Shown one piece after another: positions 10,472-19,998 of a stretch of 64,000 nt of DNA. The stretch covers positions 512,001 to 576,000 of the forward strand of contig CAWDYC010000004.1 in assembly GCA_963806535.1 (NCBI GenBank), given 5' to 3'. Numbering within the stretch: position 1 is the stretch's first letter; each line of letters begins with the position of its first letter. The notes beneath the pieces were generated by a model, which was not told where the DNA came from, did not search any database, and saw only the letters and a program-made list of their open reading frames with translations. The position numbers were made by a program, and so were the translations under genes. This DNA is from Candidatus Bathyarchaeota archaeon. GTDB taxonomy: Archaea > Thermoproteota > Bathyarchaeia > Bathyarchaeales > Bathycorpusculaceae.

Positions 10472-11632
10472 TTAGATAGGTTTTGGAGGTTCAGGTTCTA
10501 TTGTGGTCTCAGGTTTTTTACGAGAAAAGATTAGGCTTGTGGACTTAACAATCTGAGGTACTCCTGCAAGATCTTCGAAAATAAGTAGACCGCGGGCAAG
10601 CAAAGCAAATACGCCTGCTAACGGAGCAGCCACTCCTAAAAGCCCAAAGATTCCAACAATACCAAATTCTTGCACACCTATACCCGCTGGAGTTATCGGC
10701 ACGAAGGCTAAGGCAGTTACCAGAGGGTGAATTAAGAAGTATGCTATCCACGGTATCTGCGTGATTCCTAAGGCGTAACCTAAAAAGTACCATTCAAAAC
10801 CTTTTAGTATCCAGCATATTACGGTCAAAGTAACTATTTCCGGGATTGCTCTGCTTGTGCTGTTGGCGCTTACTTTGTATTCTTCAAGCCTTCCCATTAA
10901 GCCGCCTGTGAATCTTTTGAGGTAGCGCGAGTTTGCAATTCGGTCAAATATTGAGATGGCTCGTTTAGACCATGTGAAGGCTGCAAGAACAATAGCTCCA
11001 ACCATCATTAAGCTGACGCCAAGTACCGCAATTAGTAGTCCTATGTTTACACCTGCAATTTGTGTAGGAAAAATATTATTCCAAGTTTGAGCGGGCACAA
11101 ACTCTACCAAATAAATTATAGCGCCTACTCCGCCAATTACTTTAATCAGAAATTCAAATGTTTGAATGCCAAGAACGCTCGAGAGACTTTTTGAAGTAGG
11201 GACATCTTGATCCCTCAAGTAAACTGGCGTGAGAATGTAACCTGAACGTCCTGGAGTAACGTCGCTAGTTAGCATGCCTGCATACTGGGCAAGCAAAGTT
11301 TTTCCAAACGATGTTTTTACTCCGTTTTTGCTAAGCACCCGTCTGAGTCGCACTGCGAAAAGAACGTTTATTCCAAAGTACATTAGAAAAGCGAGGAGCA
11401 GATACTCAATTTTTATTGTGAGAATTGTGGTGTAGATATAGTCAACACCTTTTAGGATTGTCATTTCTCCCGGTTTAAAGGTTGAGGGAACAGTTGTCCC
11501 GATGTAATAAAGTAGTCCGGCTAAAATCGCCACCATGAACACTACTTCAAGAGTATACTTGAGAATTTGCCGTAAACGAGATGATTTCTGCTTCTGTTGG
11601 ATCGGAATGTCTGCTGATGCCATGTTCCTCAA
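10472..11632 (-). CDS. UPF0104 / lysylphosphatidylglycerol-synthase TM (flippase-like) protein
   Basis: multi-TM; VTPGRSG and PITPAGIGVQE motifs. Confidence 0.85.
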   Translation of the reverse strand: MRNMASADIPIQQKQKSSRLRQILKYTLEVVFMVAILAGLLYYIGTTVPSTFKPGEMTILKGVDYIYTTILTIKIEYLLLAFLMYFGINVLFAVRLRRVLSKNGVKTSFGKTLLAQYAGMLTSDVTPGRSGYILTPVYLRDQDVPTSKSLSSVLGIQTFEFLIKVIGGVGAIIYLVEFVPAQTWNNIFPTQIAGVNIGLLIAVLGVSLMMVGAIVLAAFTWSKRAISIFDRIANSRYLKRFTGGLMGRLEEYKVSANSTSRAIPEIVTLTVICWILKGFEWYFLGYALGITQIPWIAYFLIHPLVTALAFVPITPAGIGVQEFGIVGIFGLLGVAAPLAGVFALLARGLLIFEDLAGVPQIVKSTSLIFSRKKPETTIEPEPPKPI

Positions 11633-11769
11633 ACATAAGCTTTGACGGTTAAATCTCTTATGGAAAACTTTGACATGTTTGTAATGAAAATTTAGTTGAA
11701 GTTTTTTGCTTGCAAAATTATTTCAGGTTCTGTTGCATAGGAATGGTTAATTTTGGTGCTCATTTTTCT

Positions 11770-11952
11770 TTAAGGTCTTACACATTCAGCTTTAGGCTTG
11801 AATGGACGTTTAGTTGTTCTCTTGCGTTTGTGATATTCGCATTCGTTGACTCGGGTTAGTATCCAGCCTTTGTCTTGGTAGATGCATCCGCATGGCAACT
11901 TTACTGATTTTTGTAACTCAGGTTCTTCAACGTTTTTCTTAGCTTCCGCCAT
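11770..11952 (-). CDS. small Cys/His-containing protein
   Basis: 60 aa with LPCGC...ECEYH; putative metal binder. Confidence 0.5.
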   Translation of the reverse strand: MAEAKKNVEEPELQKSVKLPCGCIYQDKGWILTRVNECEYHKRKRTTKRPFKPKAECVRP

Positions 11953-12051
11953 TTCAACGCCATCAAAATTTAGAGCACAATTATCGTATTAACTTAACTT
12001 TAGCTTTTTGGTTATTGAGTTTCGGAATTTATTTTTGTTGTCTTTTTCAAG

Positions 12052-12205
12052 AACTTTTTGATTTAGCGGCGATCTTAAGAGACCTTTTTGGTCCTTTTTA
12101 GACTTTTTTGGACTTTATTCGACTCAACCTGCAAAGAAACAAGCTTCAATTCAAAAAAGCAGCCTAAAACACAAAGAACAAAAACAAGCACAAAACTATC
12201 AGTAA
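12052..12205 (+). repeat. dispersed element copy 1: phased 10-bp array + conserved core + A/C-rich arm
   Basis: GATCTTAAGA GACCTTTTTG GTCCTTTTTA GACTTTTTTG GACTTTATTC, then GACTCAACCTGCAAA (12121) ... AAAGCAGCCTAAAACACAAAGAACAAAA...GCACAAAACTATCAGTAA; aligns with copies at 16.2, 33.5 and 43.6 kb. Confidence 0.9.
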
Positions 12206-12310
12206 CTAATTCGGTTATATCAAAAATCTTAAAACTAAACAAATTAAGTTTAATCGTTTATGGTATTCTAAAACAAATAAGAAGAAAAAATAGGGTATGT
12301 TGGATTTATT

Positions 12311-13125
12311 TTACATGTTAGATGCGACTGTTGATAGGTCTGCTATGTCGATTTTGAAGTGGCCGCAGAAGTCCATTTTGGCGTCGTAGTTGCCCCAGCC
12401 TGGCATGGCACCGTATGATCTTATGACTGCTGCTACGTCTGCTCTGGTTACTGCATTGGTTGTTGTGTCATCAGTTACTTTGAATGGGATTAAACTGAAC
12501 TTGTTTTTGCACTGATGTGGAAAACTGAGCCAGTCAATGGGTCTATTCTATTTATTGATAGGGTGAATTTGTTCCCGTTGTCTGTAACTTTGAGTTCTCC
12601 ATATGCTTTTTGAACCGAAGTGTCTATGTCTCGGTGAACATTTGTTATTTGTCCTTCATCGTTTGTGATAATTGTTACGTTGCTTACTACAGTGAAGATA
12701 TTCCATGTGCCGTTAAGGAAGTAGGTTGTGCCTGGTATGCTGGTGCTAAAAGTTGATACTGAACCATTCGCTAATCTCGCTTCATAGAAGACATAAGTAA
12801 AGTTTTCTTTTGTTATCATTGCGCTGATTGGACGAGAAGTATTAGTTGTCCATATCGCAGTGGCTCATAGCTATCTGGTTTGTACTTAAATCTACGCGTG
12901 CTGATGCTCCAGCTTGGGTTTGAAGAGCGCCATTTACGTGTTGTTGTTCCCCATTGGGTTATGACGCCGTTAATCCGTATGTAACTTCGCGTGGCGAGGG
13001 CGCTTGGCATGTTTGTTGCCGTGGCCGATGGGTTAGCCGTTGATGTTTGAGCAACTGCTAAACTGATGCTGCTTACAGCGAATAATGCTATGATAGCAAT
13101 TACAATTGGTAATTTTTTTATTCAT
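12311..13125 (-). CDS. secreted protein with C-terminal dockerin-like (EF-hand-type) domain (frameshifted)
   Basis: manual translation: signal peptide MNKKLPIVIAIIALFAVSSISLAVA; C-terminus VTRADVAAVIRSYGAMPGWGNYDAKMDFCGHFKIDIADLSTVASNM*. Confidence 0.65.
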
Positions 13126-13429
13126 TCTTCTATTCCTCTTTATTTTTCTTGAAAACCCCTTGTTAGTTTACGGATAAAAGCGTTTCTGGGCTTATTTTTG
13201 TCAAATATGCTCTCTAACAGTTCATTTTTGTTCATTAGCGTTCATTCAAGTTTATTTACTGTTTTTCAACATAAATCACTTGTTTTACAGTCAAATCAGA
13301 GCTTTCCATGGCTTACTTTCAATTCGCCCAACAAAAATAGACACAGACAACACAGAAAAGCGCGGGCAAATGAATTCATAATAAGTACAATAAATTTATA
13401 ATTCTTAAATAAGCTATAACTTATTTTTA

Positions 13430-14362
13430 ATGAGAACTAAAATGAAAGCATCGCCGCCTAGCCATTTGCTACGCCATCTGCATAATTCTATTTTTGCTTC
13501 TGCCACTTTATTCGGCAAATTGTCAAAACTATGCCGCATACTCAGTTCAAATAAACAGCGACGGGTCGGCATTATGGAAAATAACTATTTTCTCCGACAT
13601 CAATGCAAGTGTAGACTCATTTAGTGATTTTCAAAATAAAGTTTTAAACCTCGTTGATTCCGCCTCAAACATAACCCACCGGACTATGACCGTTGATGAA
13701 AATTCTATTCAGATAAATACAAACATATCGTCTCAATCCAAAACCACAGAATTCTCTTTTTTGTGGCAAAACTTTAGTGTAATTCAGGGAAGAGACATAC
13801 TTTTCGGAGATGTTTTCCAAGTTAATGGTTTTTTTACCCAACTTTATGGCGATGCTCAATTGCAGATAAATTATCCGTCAACTTTTAGCGTTAAATCGGT
13901 TACTCCTACACCTTATCAACGTGATGATTCAGATAAAACATTGGATTGGGCTGGAACGCAGGACTTAGTTAGTCGCTAAAACAGAGATCATTTTAACAAA
14001 CATTTCATTGAATAATAACTTTAACCAACCCTACATAATTATTGCTGTTGTTGCGGTCGTTGTAGCAGCCTTAAGTTTTTCAGGTTTCTACATGTTCAAA
14101 CGGCGTAAAAGCTTCGCTGGAAACCGCAATGGTTGCTCCCTCAGACTCCAAGGAGTTGGAAACTGAAGAAGGAAAAATCTTGAAACTTCTAAAGTCATCA
14201 AGTGGTAGCATGCATCAGTCAGCTATTGTGGAGCAATGCAGGTTTTCCAAGGCTAAGACGAGTCAATTGCTGACTGTTTTAGAGAAAAAGGGTAACATAA
14301 CAAGATATAAGAAGGGGAGAGATAAAATAGTGAACCTTACCGAACGGGCGAAAAGTGAATAA
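13430..14362 (+). CDS. membrane-anchored regulator: extracellular domain, TM helix, C-terminal winged HTH (frameshifted)
   Basis: signal-like N-terminus, beta-rich domain, TM at ~14035-14100, then ILKLLKSSSGSMHQSAIVEQCRFSKAKTSQLL..LEKKGNITRYKKGR. Confidence 0.75.
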
Positions 14363-14363
14363 A

Positions 14364-15128
14364 ATGGCAAACCCGATTAAGTTGAAGTCCAAAAAGATTT
14401 TAGCTGTTTTAGTTTGTACTTTGATTTCATTTTGCTTTATCTGTTCTGTTTCAGCACAAAGCACAACAGTTAACGCAACGCATCCACCACCCAACCCGCT
14501 GTAGGCAGCACTTTAACAGTTACTCTTGCAATCTCAAATGTCCAAAACCTCTTCGGCATAGATGCTATTTTTCAATGGAACCCCTCAGTTCTTAGCCTCT
14601 CAAACGTAGCTCTAAATGTAGGAGACTCACAGTCCAATGGAGTTCTTCACGGAACAATAAATCATGATTACAATACTATCAGTGCAGGAGACATTTACGT
14701 TAACGAAACAAAGGTATCTGGAAGTTACGAGTCTGGTAGCTCAATCATTTGGTCATGGCACCCCTAGCTTTACAGGAAGCGGAACAATAGTGACCCTGAC
14801 ATTTAACGTTGTAAGCACGGGCTCAGCAGGATTAAGCTTAACGACAGAGCTTGCCGATCAAGCCATACCTGGGCAAAACTCTAATAACATTGATCATCAA
14901 GATACAGCTAGCTCAGTAACCGCAGTTGCATCAGGATCTTCAAGTACTCCAACTTCATCGAGCACACCAACATCTTCAACGTCCACTCCAACCGTTCCAG
15001 AATTTCCAACCACAATCACAATAGCCCTGATCATTGCATTAGCAATAGCAATAGCTGCCACAATATTCACATGCAAAAAAAGTAAACAAAAAAACAAAAT
15101 TGACTCCAGCTTCGTTTCATTACTATAA
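14364..15128 (+). CDS. cohesin-domain surface protein with Ser/Thr linker and PEF-CTERM sorting signal (frameshifted)
   Basis: VGSTLTVTLAISNVQNLFGIDAIFQWNPSVL...FTGSGTIVTLTFNVV cohesin-like strands; S/T/P linker; VPEFP + TM + basic tail. Confidence 0.75.
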
Positions 15129-15302
15129 TAATTGACTAAAACAATCAATCACATTTTGCCAAACCCTTTATCTAAAAACTGCTTCAACTCAGTTCTCATT
15201 TAGAAACAAAACTGTAAAACCTGAAATTTATAAAGCGAAACACTTAAGTGCAAAGAATCTGTAGTTTTGTCTTGGAAATCAAAAACTAGGATGTAGAATC
15301 AA

Positions 15303-15874
15303 TTGGCTGTTGAAGGTTTTTTCGAAAACAAAAAGACACCAGTAGAAGCAAAAGTCGGCGACTTAACCCCACAATCTAAAGCGGTTAATGTTACGGCCAA
15401 AGTAGTATCCAAAACAGAAGTTCGTGAAATCCCAATGGGTCGAGACGGATCTGCACACAAAGTAAGTGATGCGCTCGTCGGAGACGAAACAGGTGTAGTT
15501 TACCTGACACTTTGGGATGACAACATTGAAAAAGTCAACGAAGGCGACACAATCCGCGTAGAAAACGGCTACGTTACACTGTTCAAAGGCAACATACGCT
15601 TAAACATCGGCAAATACGGCAAACTTGAACCCGCAAAAGAACCACTTGCAGTAGAAGTTAACACAGAAAACAACGTTTCAAGCAAAACATACGAGCAAGA
15701 ACGAAGACCATTTAGAGGCGGCGGCAGAGGATTCGGTGGCGGCGGATACGGCGGCGGAAGAGACAGACGCGGTGGCGGCGGATATGGTGGTGGCGGCGCG
15801 GCGGTTACGGTGGCGGTCGAGATGGAGATCGTCGCGGTGGCGGCAGCGGCGGCGGTTACAGACCAAGATACTAA
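15303..15874 (+). CDS. ssb: single-stranded DNA-binding protein, single OB fold with Gly/Arg-rich tail (tail frameshifted)
   Basis: VNVTAKV...ALVGDETG.VYLTLWD...ENGYV..FKGNIRLNIGKYG; after one indel the tail ends GGYRPRY* at 15874. Confidence 0.88.
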
Positions 15875-16156
15875 GCTTCCAATCTGTAAAGTTTAGAACT
15901 CTTTTTTTTGCTTTTTTATCATTTTTAAGTTTTTTCGAAATTGAGCATTTTTCTAAAAACGGTTTCAATTTTGGATTTTGCGGCCTGCTCTCTCTTTGAA
16001 AGACCTGTCTAAAGAATAACTTTTTTGGGGAAAGTAGCGGGCATGATTACTCACTTTTGATGCATTATAACGCTCTATGAAGTTAATGACACTCAGTGAC
16101 AAACAAAGTCTCAATCTGCAAATACTTTAAACTTCACTTCTTGAAAGTTTACGGTA

Positions 16157-16332
16157 ACCTTCGTCTTCCTTTTTCTTCCGTTTTTTTCCTTTTTCTTACA
16201 TTTTCTTACAGATTCTCACAGATTTCTACATTTTGCTACATTTAAAGACGCAACCTGCAAACAAATTAAACTTTGAACCAAGAAAGCAACCCAAAACACA
16301 AGCAACAAAACTGCACAAAAACCCATCAATAA
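16157..16332 (+). repeat. dispersed element copy 2 (longest 10-bp array)
   Basis: ~9 units (TCCTTTTTCT TCCGTTTTTT TCCTTTTTCT TACATTTTCT TACAGATTCT CACAGATTTC TACATTTTGC TACATTTAAA), then GACGCAACCTGCAAA (16247) and an arm ending TCAATAA. Confidence 0.88.
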
Positions 16333-16410
16333 CAAAGTTCCTAAGTCCAGATTTTTCGTAATGGAAACTTTAAAATCTTCTGCGACGTCTGTTTTGGCTG
16401 AAACAGGAGA

Positions 16411-17800
16411 TTGGCTGGAATGGTTGCGGATAAATCTGAAGCTAAACCAACTGTAGAAGAGTTATTAGCGAAGGCAAAGAAACCGGCGCAGTTATCGCCT
16501 CCAATGCATAAGTTTTATGAAGGAAAAATGCAGGTAATTCCAAAATGTGCCATCCGAAGTGTAGATGATTTTGCAATTTGGTATACTCCAGGCGTTGCCG
16601 CGCCATGCAGGATGATTCAAGCTGACCCAGACAAATCTTTCGAGCTTACTAACCGCTGGAATTATGTGGCGGTTGTTACTGACGGTACCCGTGTTTTAGG
16701 TTTAGGAGATATTGGTCCCGAAGCGGCCCTGCCTGTTATGGAGGGCAAAGCACTGATTTTCAAGTATTTAGGCGGTGTTGACGCATTTCCTATTTGTTTA
16801 AGAACCAAGGATCCTGATGAGATTGTTAAGATTTGTAAGGCTCTTGAGCCGTCTTTCGGAGGCATTAACCTTGAGGATATTGAGAAACCAAAATGTTTTC
16901 ATGTTCTTGAGAGCGCTCGTGAACAACTAAATATTCCTGTTTGGCATGACGACCAGCAAGGAACCGCCACTGTAATCTTAGCTGGGTTAATTAACGCTTT
17001 TAAAATTGTAGGAAAAAAACCACGCGAAAGTCTCATAACTTTGGTGGGTTCAGGAGCAGCTAATATTCGAACTGCATATGTGCTTATGAAATGGGGTGTT
17101 AAACCAGGCAACATAATACTTGCCGACAGCAAAGGAGTGGTTTACAAAGACAGAAAAGACATAACCAAAGAAGAAGACCCATGGAAATATGATGTCACCC
17201 AGAAAACTAACGCTGAAGGCAGAACAGGCGACGTTTCCGAAGCATTCAAAGGCGTAGATGCAGTGGTTGCAGCTTCAAAACCTGGTCCAAACACCATAAA
17301 AAAAGAATGGATAAAAACAATGGCGCAAAACTCAATAATATTTGCTTGTGCTAACCCAATTCCTGAAATTTGGCCTTGGGATGCAGAAGAAGCAGGAGCA
17401 CGAATCGTGGCAACGGGCAGAAGTGATTTTCCTAATCAGGTAAACAACAGTTTAGGCTTTCCAGGTATTTTCCGCGGAGTTCTCGATGTTAAAGCAAAAA
17501 CTGTTACGGATGACATGTGTATAGCTGCTGCACAGGAACTTGCTGACTTATGCTGAAGAACGAGGAATCACCGAGAAAGATATTTTGCCGCGGATGGATG
17601 AATGGGAGGTTTTTCCCAGGGAAGCTGTTGCTTGCGCATTAAAATCGATTGAACAAGGAGTAGCACGGGTGAAGCCCAGTCGAGACGAATTGTATGAACG
17701 TGCATCTGCAATCATTAAGAATGCGCGGCAGTCAACTGAATTGTTAATGAAGCATGGTTTAATTAAGCCGCCGCCAAGTGAAGACAAACTTTTGAAATAG
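16411..17800 (+). CDS. NAD(P)-dependent malic enzyme (frameshift near C-terminus)
   Basis: YTPGVA, VTDGTRVLGLGDIG, PVMEGKA, GGINLEDI, HDDQQGTA, ANP.PEI, ATGRSDFPNQVNN. Confidence 0.93.
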
Positions 17801-17870
17801 TATTCACAAAATCGAATTTACTTAACCGAAAAATTGGCGTCTAAATCGATTGGACACAAAATAAAAAGAA

Positions 17871-18140
17871 TTAAAGAGGAGTTATTTTCACTATATTTCT
17901 TTTTTCAAGTCTTCGCAGCGCGTCTAAGCACTCATCTTTTTTCTCGCCAGTAATGTTTAAGTTCTGCATTATGTCTTTGACTGAAACCTCGGCTTTTCCA
18001 AAGTTTTCATGCCTTTTATAGAGGTGTCGGACAATGGATTTTTCCAGCTTACCGCATCGCCAAGTAGTGTTACGGATCAAAACAACGATGGTTCGAACAA
18101 GTGTTTGCTCGTTAGATTTTCTTCCTCGTGAATCTCCCAT
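17871..18140 (-). CDS. small hypothetical protein, possible winged helix
   Basis: 89 aa ending ALRRLEKRNIVKI. Confidence 0.55.
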   Translation of the reverse strand: MGDSRGRKSNEQTLVRTIVVLIRNTTWRCGKLEKSIVRHLYKRHENFGKAEVSVKDIMQNLNITGEKKDECLDALRRLEKRNIVKITPL

Positions 18141-18236
18141 CTCTCCCCACCAACAAAGGTAACCCGCGGCATAGGTTTTTAAACTGTTTGTTCCTCAGCG
18201 AAATAAGGGCTTTAATTTGGGCTTGGCTGGTTGCTG

Positions 18237-18704
18237 CTAGAGAGTTTTTTTAAGGTACAAACCGTGTGCTTTGCCATAGTACTTTTCTAGTCTGCTTATT
18301 TTTTGGTATCCACTATTTTGATAGAGTTTTAGTGCGGCTGAGTTGTCTTCACGGACTTCCAGGTGACATTCGCGTATGCCTTTTTGTTTAAGAATAATTT
18401 CCATTTCTTGAAGCATTTTACTTGCTATGCCTTTTCGCCGATATGCTGATGCAACATTTATTGTTATAATGTGTCCAAACAACGTGTTATTTTCTATTTC
18501 AACCTGTGTAATTATGAATCCAGCGATGTCATTGTTTGCTTTTGCAACTAATGCGATTGTATTGTAGTCAGTTAACAGGTAGGCTATTTGCCGTTTCGTG
18601 AATGCTTCTTGGTCAAAGCATTGCTCTTCAATTTCATACAATTTATCAAGCAGCTTTATGGATGCTGTTTCAATTTTTAGTTCCATTTTTTGCCTTAATA
18701 GCAA
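18237..18704 (-). CDS. rimI: RimI/Ard1-type N-acetyltransferase (GNAT)
   Basis: GHIITINV...YRRKGIA, LEVREDN.AALKLY...GY, YY motifs. Confidence 0.85.
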   Translation of the reverse strand: MLLRQKMELKIETASIKLLDKLYEIEEQCFDQEAFTKRQIAYLLTDYNTIALVAKANNDIAGFIITQVEIENNTLFGHIITINVASAYRRKGIASKMLQEMEIILKQKGIRECHLEVREDNSAALKLYQNSGYQKISRLEKYYGKAHGLYLKKTL

Positions 18705-19823
18705 TTAGAGTGCAGGATTGATTTTAGTTTTTTCTATATTTGCTGTTGAAGAAATTGCTGGTTTTAGTTCAAGATATTGCTGTGCTGCAAATCCTATGAA
18801 GAAACGGAACCATAAAGTTATGATTCTTGTCAGTATTGTGGCTGTGGCGGCTAAGGGTCCATATATGCCCATTGAAATGTAAAGAGTAGTCATTACTGCT
18901 TCTGGAAGTCCAACTTCAAATGGTATGCCAATAGGTATTGCTTTGACTGCTAAGAATATCGCTGAAGTAATGATGATTATGCTCAATGAAACCGGATGCC
19001 CAAGAGACATAAAAACAAGGTATGGGACGCTTAAGCTGAAAAACCATGAAACAAGCAAGTAAAATAGTGATCCAGATATGGCTTTTGGATTATGCCTGAA
19101 CTCTGCCATTGCATCATGAAAGTGCTCCGTAATTTCTATTGCTTCTTCTTTTAATTTTTCAACTTTTATTCTGCCCATAGATATTTTGTGGGCTAAATTG
19201 GCAGCAACATTGATAACTTTTAAAGTCCATTTCGGCTTGAAACCTAAAATAATCATGAAGCTGATTATTGCTATTATTGCAGCGGCGACGAATATGATTG
19301 CGTTGAAGACTAATTGGTTAACGTTTCCGCCGAAGTTAAGCAAGATTATCCCTGCAATTAAAGCAACAACGTTTAGTGCCATACCCATTAGCCTATGAGT
19401 ATAAAGTGATGCTACCACTTTTCCGAATGGTCCGCATTTGTCTCTTGTACAAAGATACGTTCGAGTTACTTCTCCGCTTATGGATTGTGCGGGAACAATG
19501 GTGTCAACGTAGATTCCGTACCAAACGTAAAGGTAAGCTCGAAAAATAGATATTTTGATTGAAAGATGGTTGGTTAATACACGCCAAGAAAACGTGAAGA
19601 ACAAGACTTCTAGCATGCCGAATATTATGGCAACTGCGTAGATGGTCGGGTCAGCACTTTTTGCCGTTGATAATATGCCTAAAATGTCTACATGAAATAG
19701 GTAAATGTACAAGAAGAAACCCAGTAAACCTAACAGTGGGAAAACGGCTGTCTTCCAACTTAGTTTTGGTCTTGGAGGCTGCATTTTGTCTTCTTGCACC
19801 AGATATTGAACGGTGAGATGCAT
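18705..19823 (-). CDS. UPF0104 flippase-like membrane protein
   Basis: multi-TM; IVP...SGE, PIGIPFEVGLPE, TRIITLW motifs; start probably slightly downstream. Confidence 0.8.
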   Translation of the reverse strand: MHLTVQYLVQEDKMQPPRPKLSWKTAVFPLLGLLGFFLYIYLFHVDILGILSTAKSADPTIYAVAIIFGMLEVLFFTFSWRVLTNHLSIKISIFRAYLYVWYGIYVDTIVPAQSISGEVTRTYLCTRDKCGPFGKVVASLYTHRLMGMALNVVALIAGIILLNFGGNVNQLVFNAIIFVAAAIIAIISFMIILGFKPKWTLKVINVAANLAHKISMGRIKVEKLKEEAIEITEHFHDAMAEFRHNPKAISGSLFYLLVSWFFSLSVPYLVFMSLGHPVSLSIIIITSAIFLAVKAIPIGIPFEVGLPEAVMTTLYISMGIYGPLAATATILTRIITLWFRFFIGFAAQQYLELKPAISSTANIEKTKINPAL

Positions 19824-19998
19824 TTATTCGATTATATACTTTACCCAAATCCAAGCATACAACGGCAGAATAAACCTGAAATCCTTCGACTGAGGGTCTT
19901 ACCAGAAGCTCGTTTATCTATTGTTTGAATAAGCATGTTAATTTGTTAGTAACCTTTTAATTTGCTTACAGCACTAAGCATAAAAAAGGTAACAAGAA

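Noticed and set aside
12071-12130. 10-bp arrays as a CRISPR array
   Set aside because: Units are contiguous 10-mers with no unique 30-40 bp spacers, and there is no cas operon.
12088-12321. 77-aa ORF over element copy 1, and a recurring CVL(G/S)CF peptide on the opposite strand of all copies
   Set aside because: Stops and frames differ among copies and there is no common start; the peptide similarity follows from DNA conservation.
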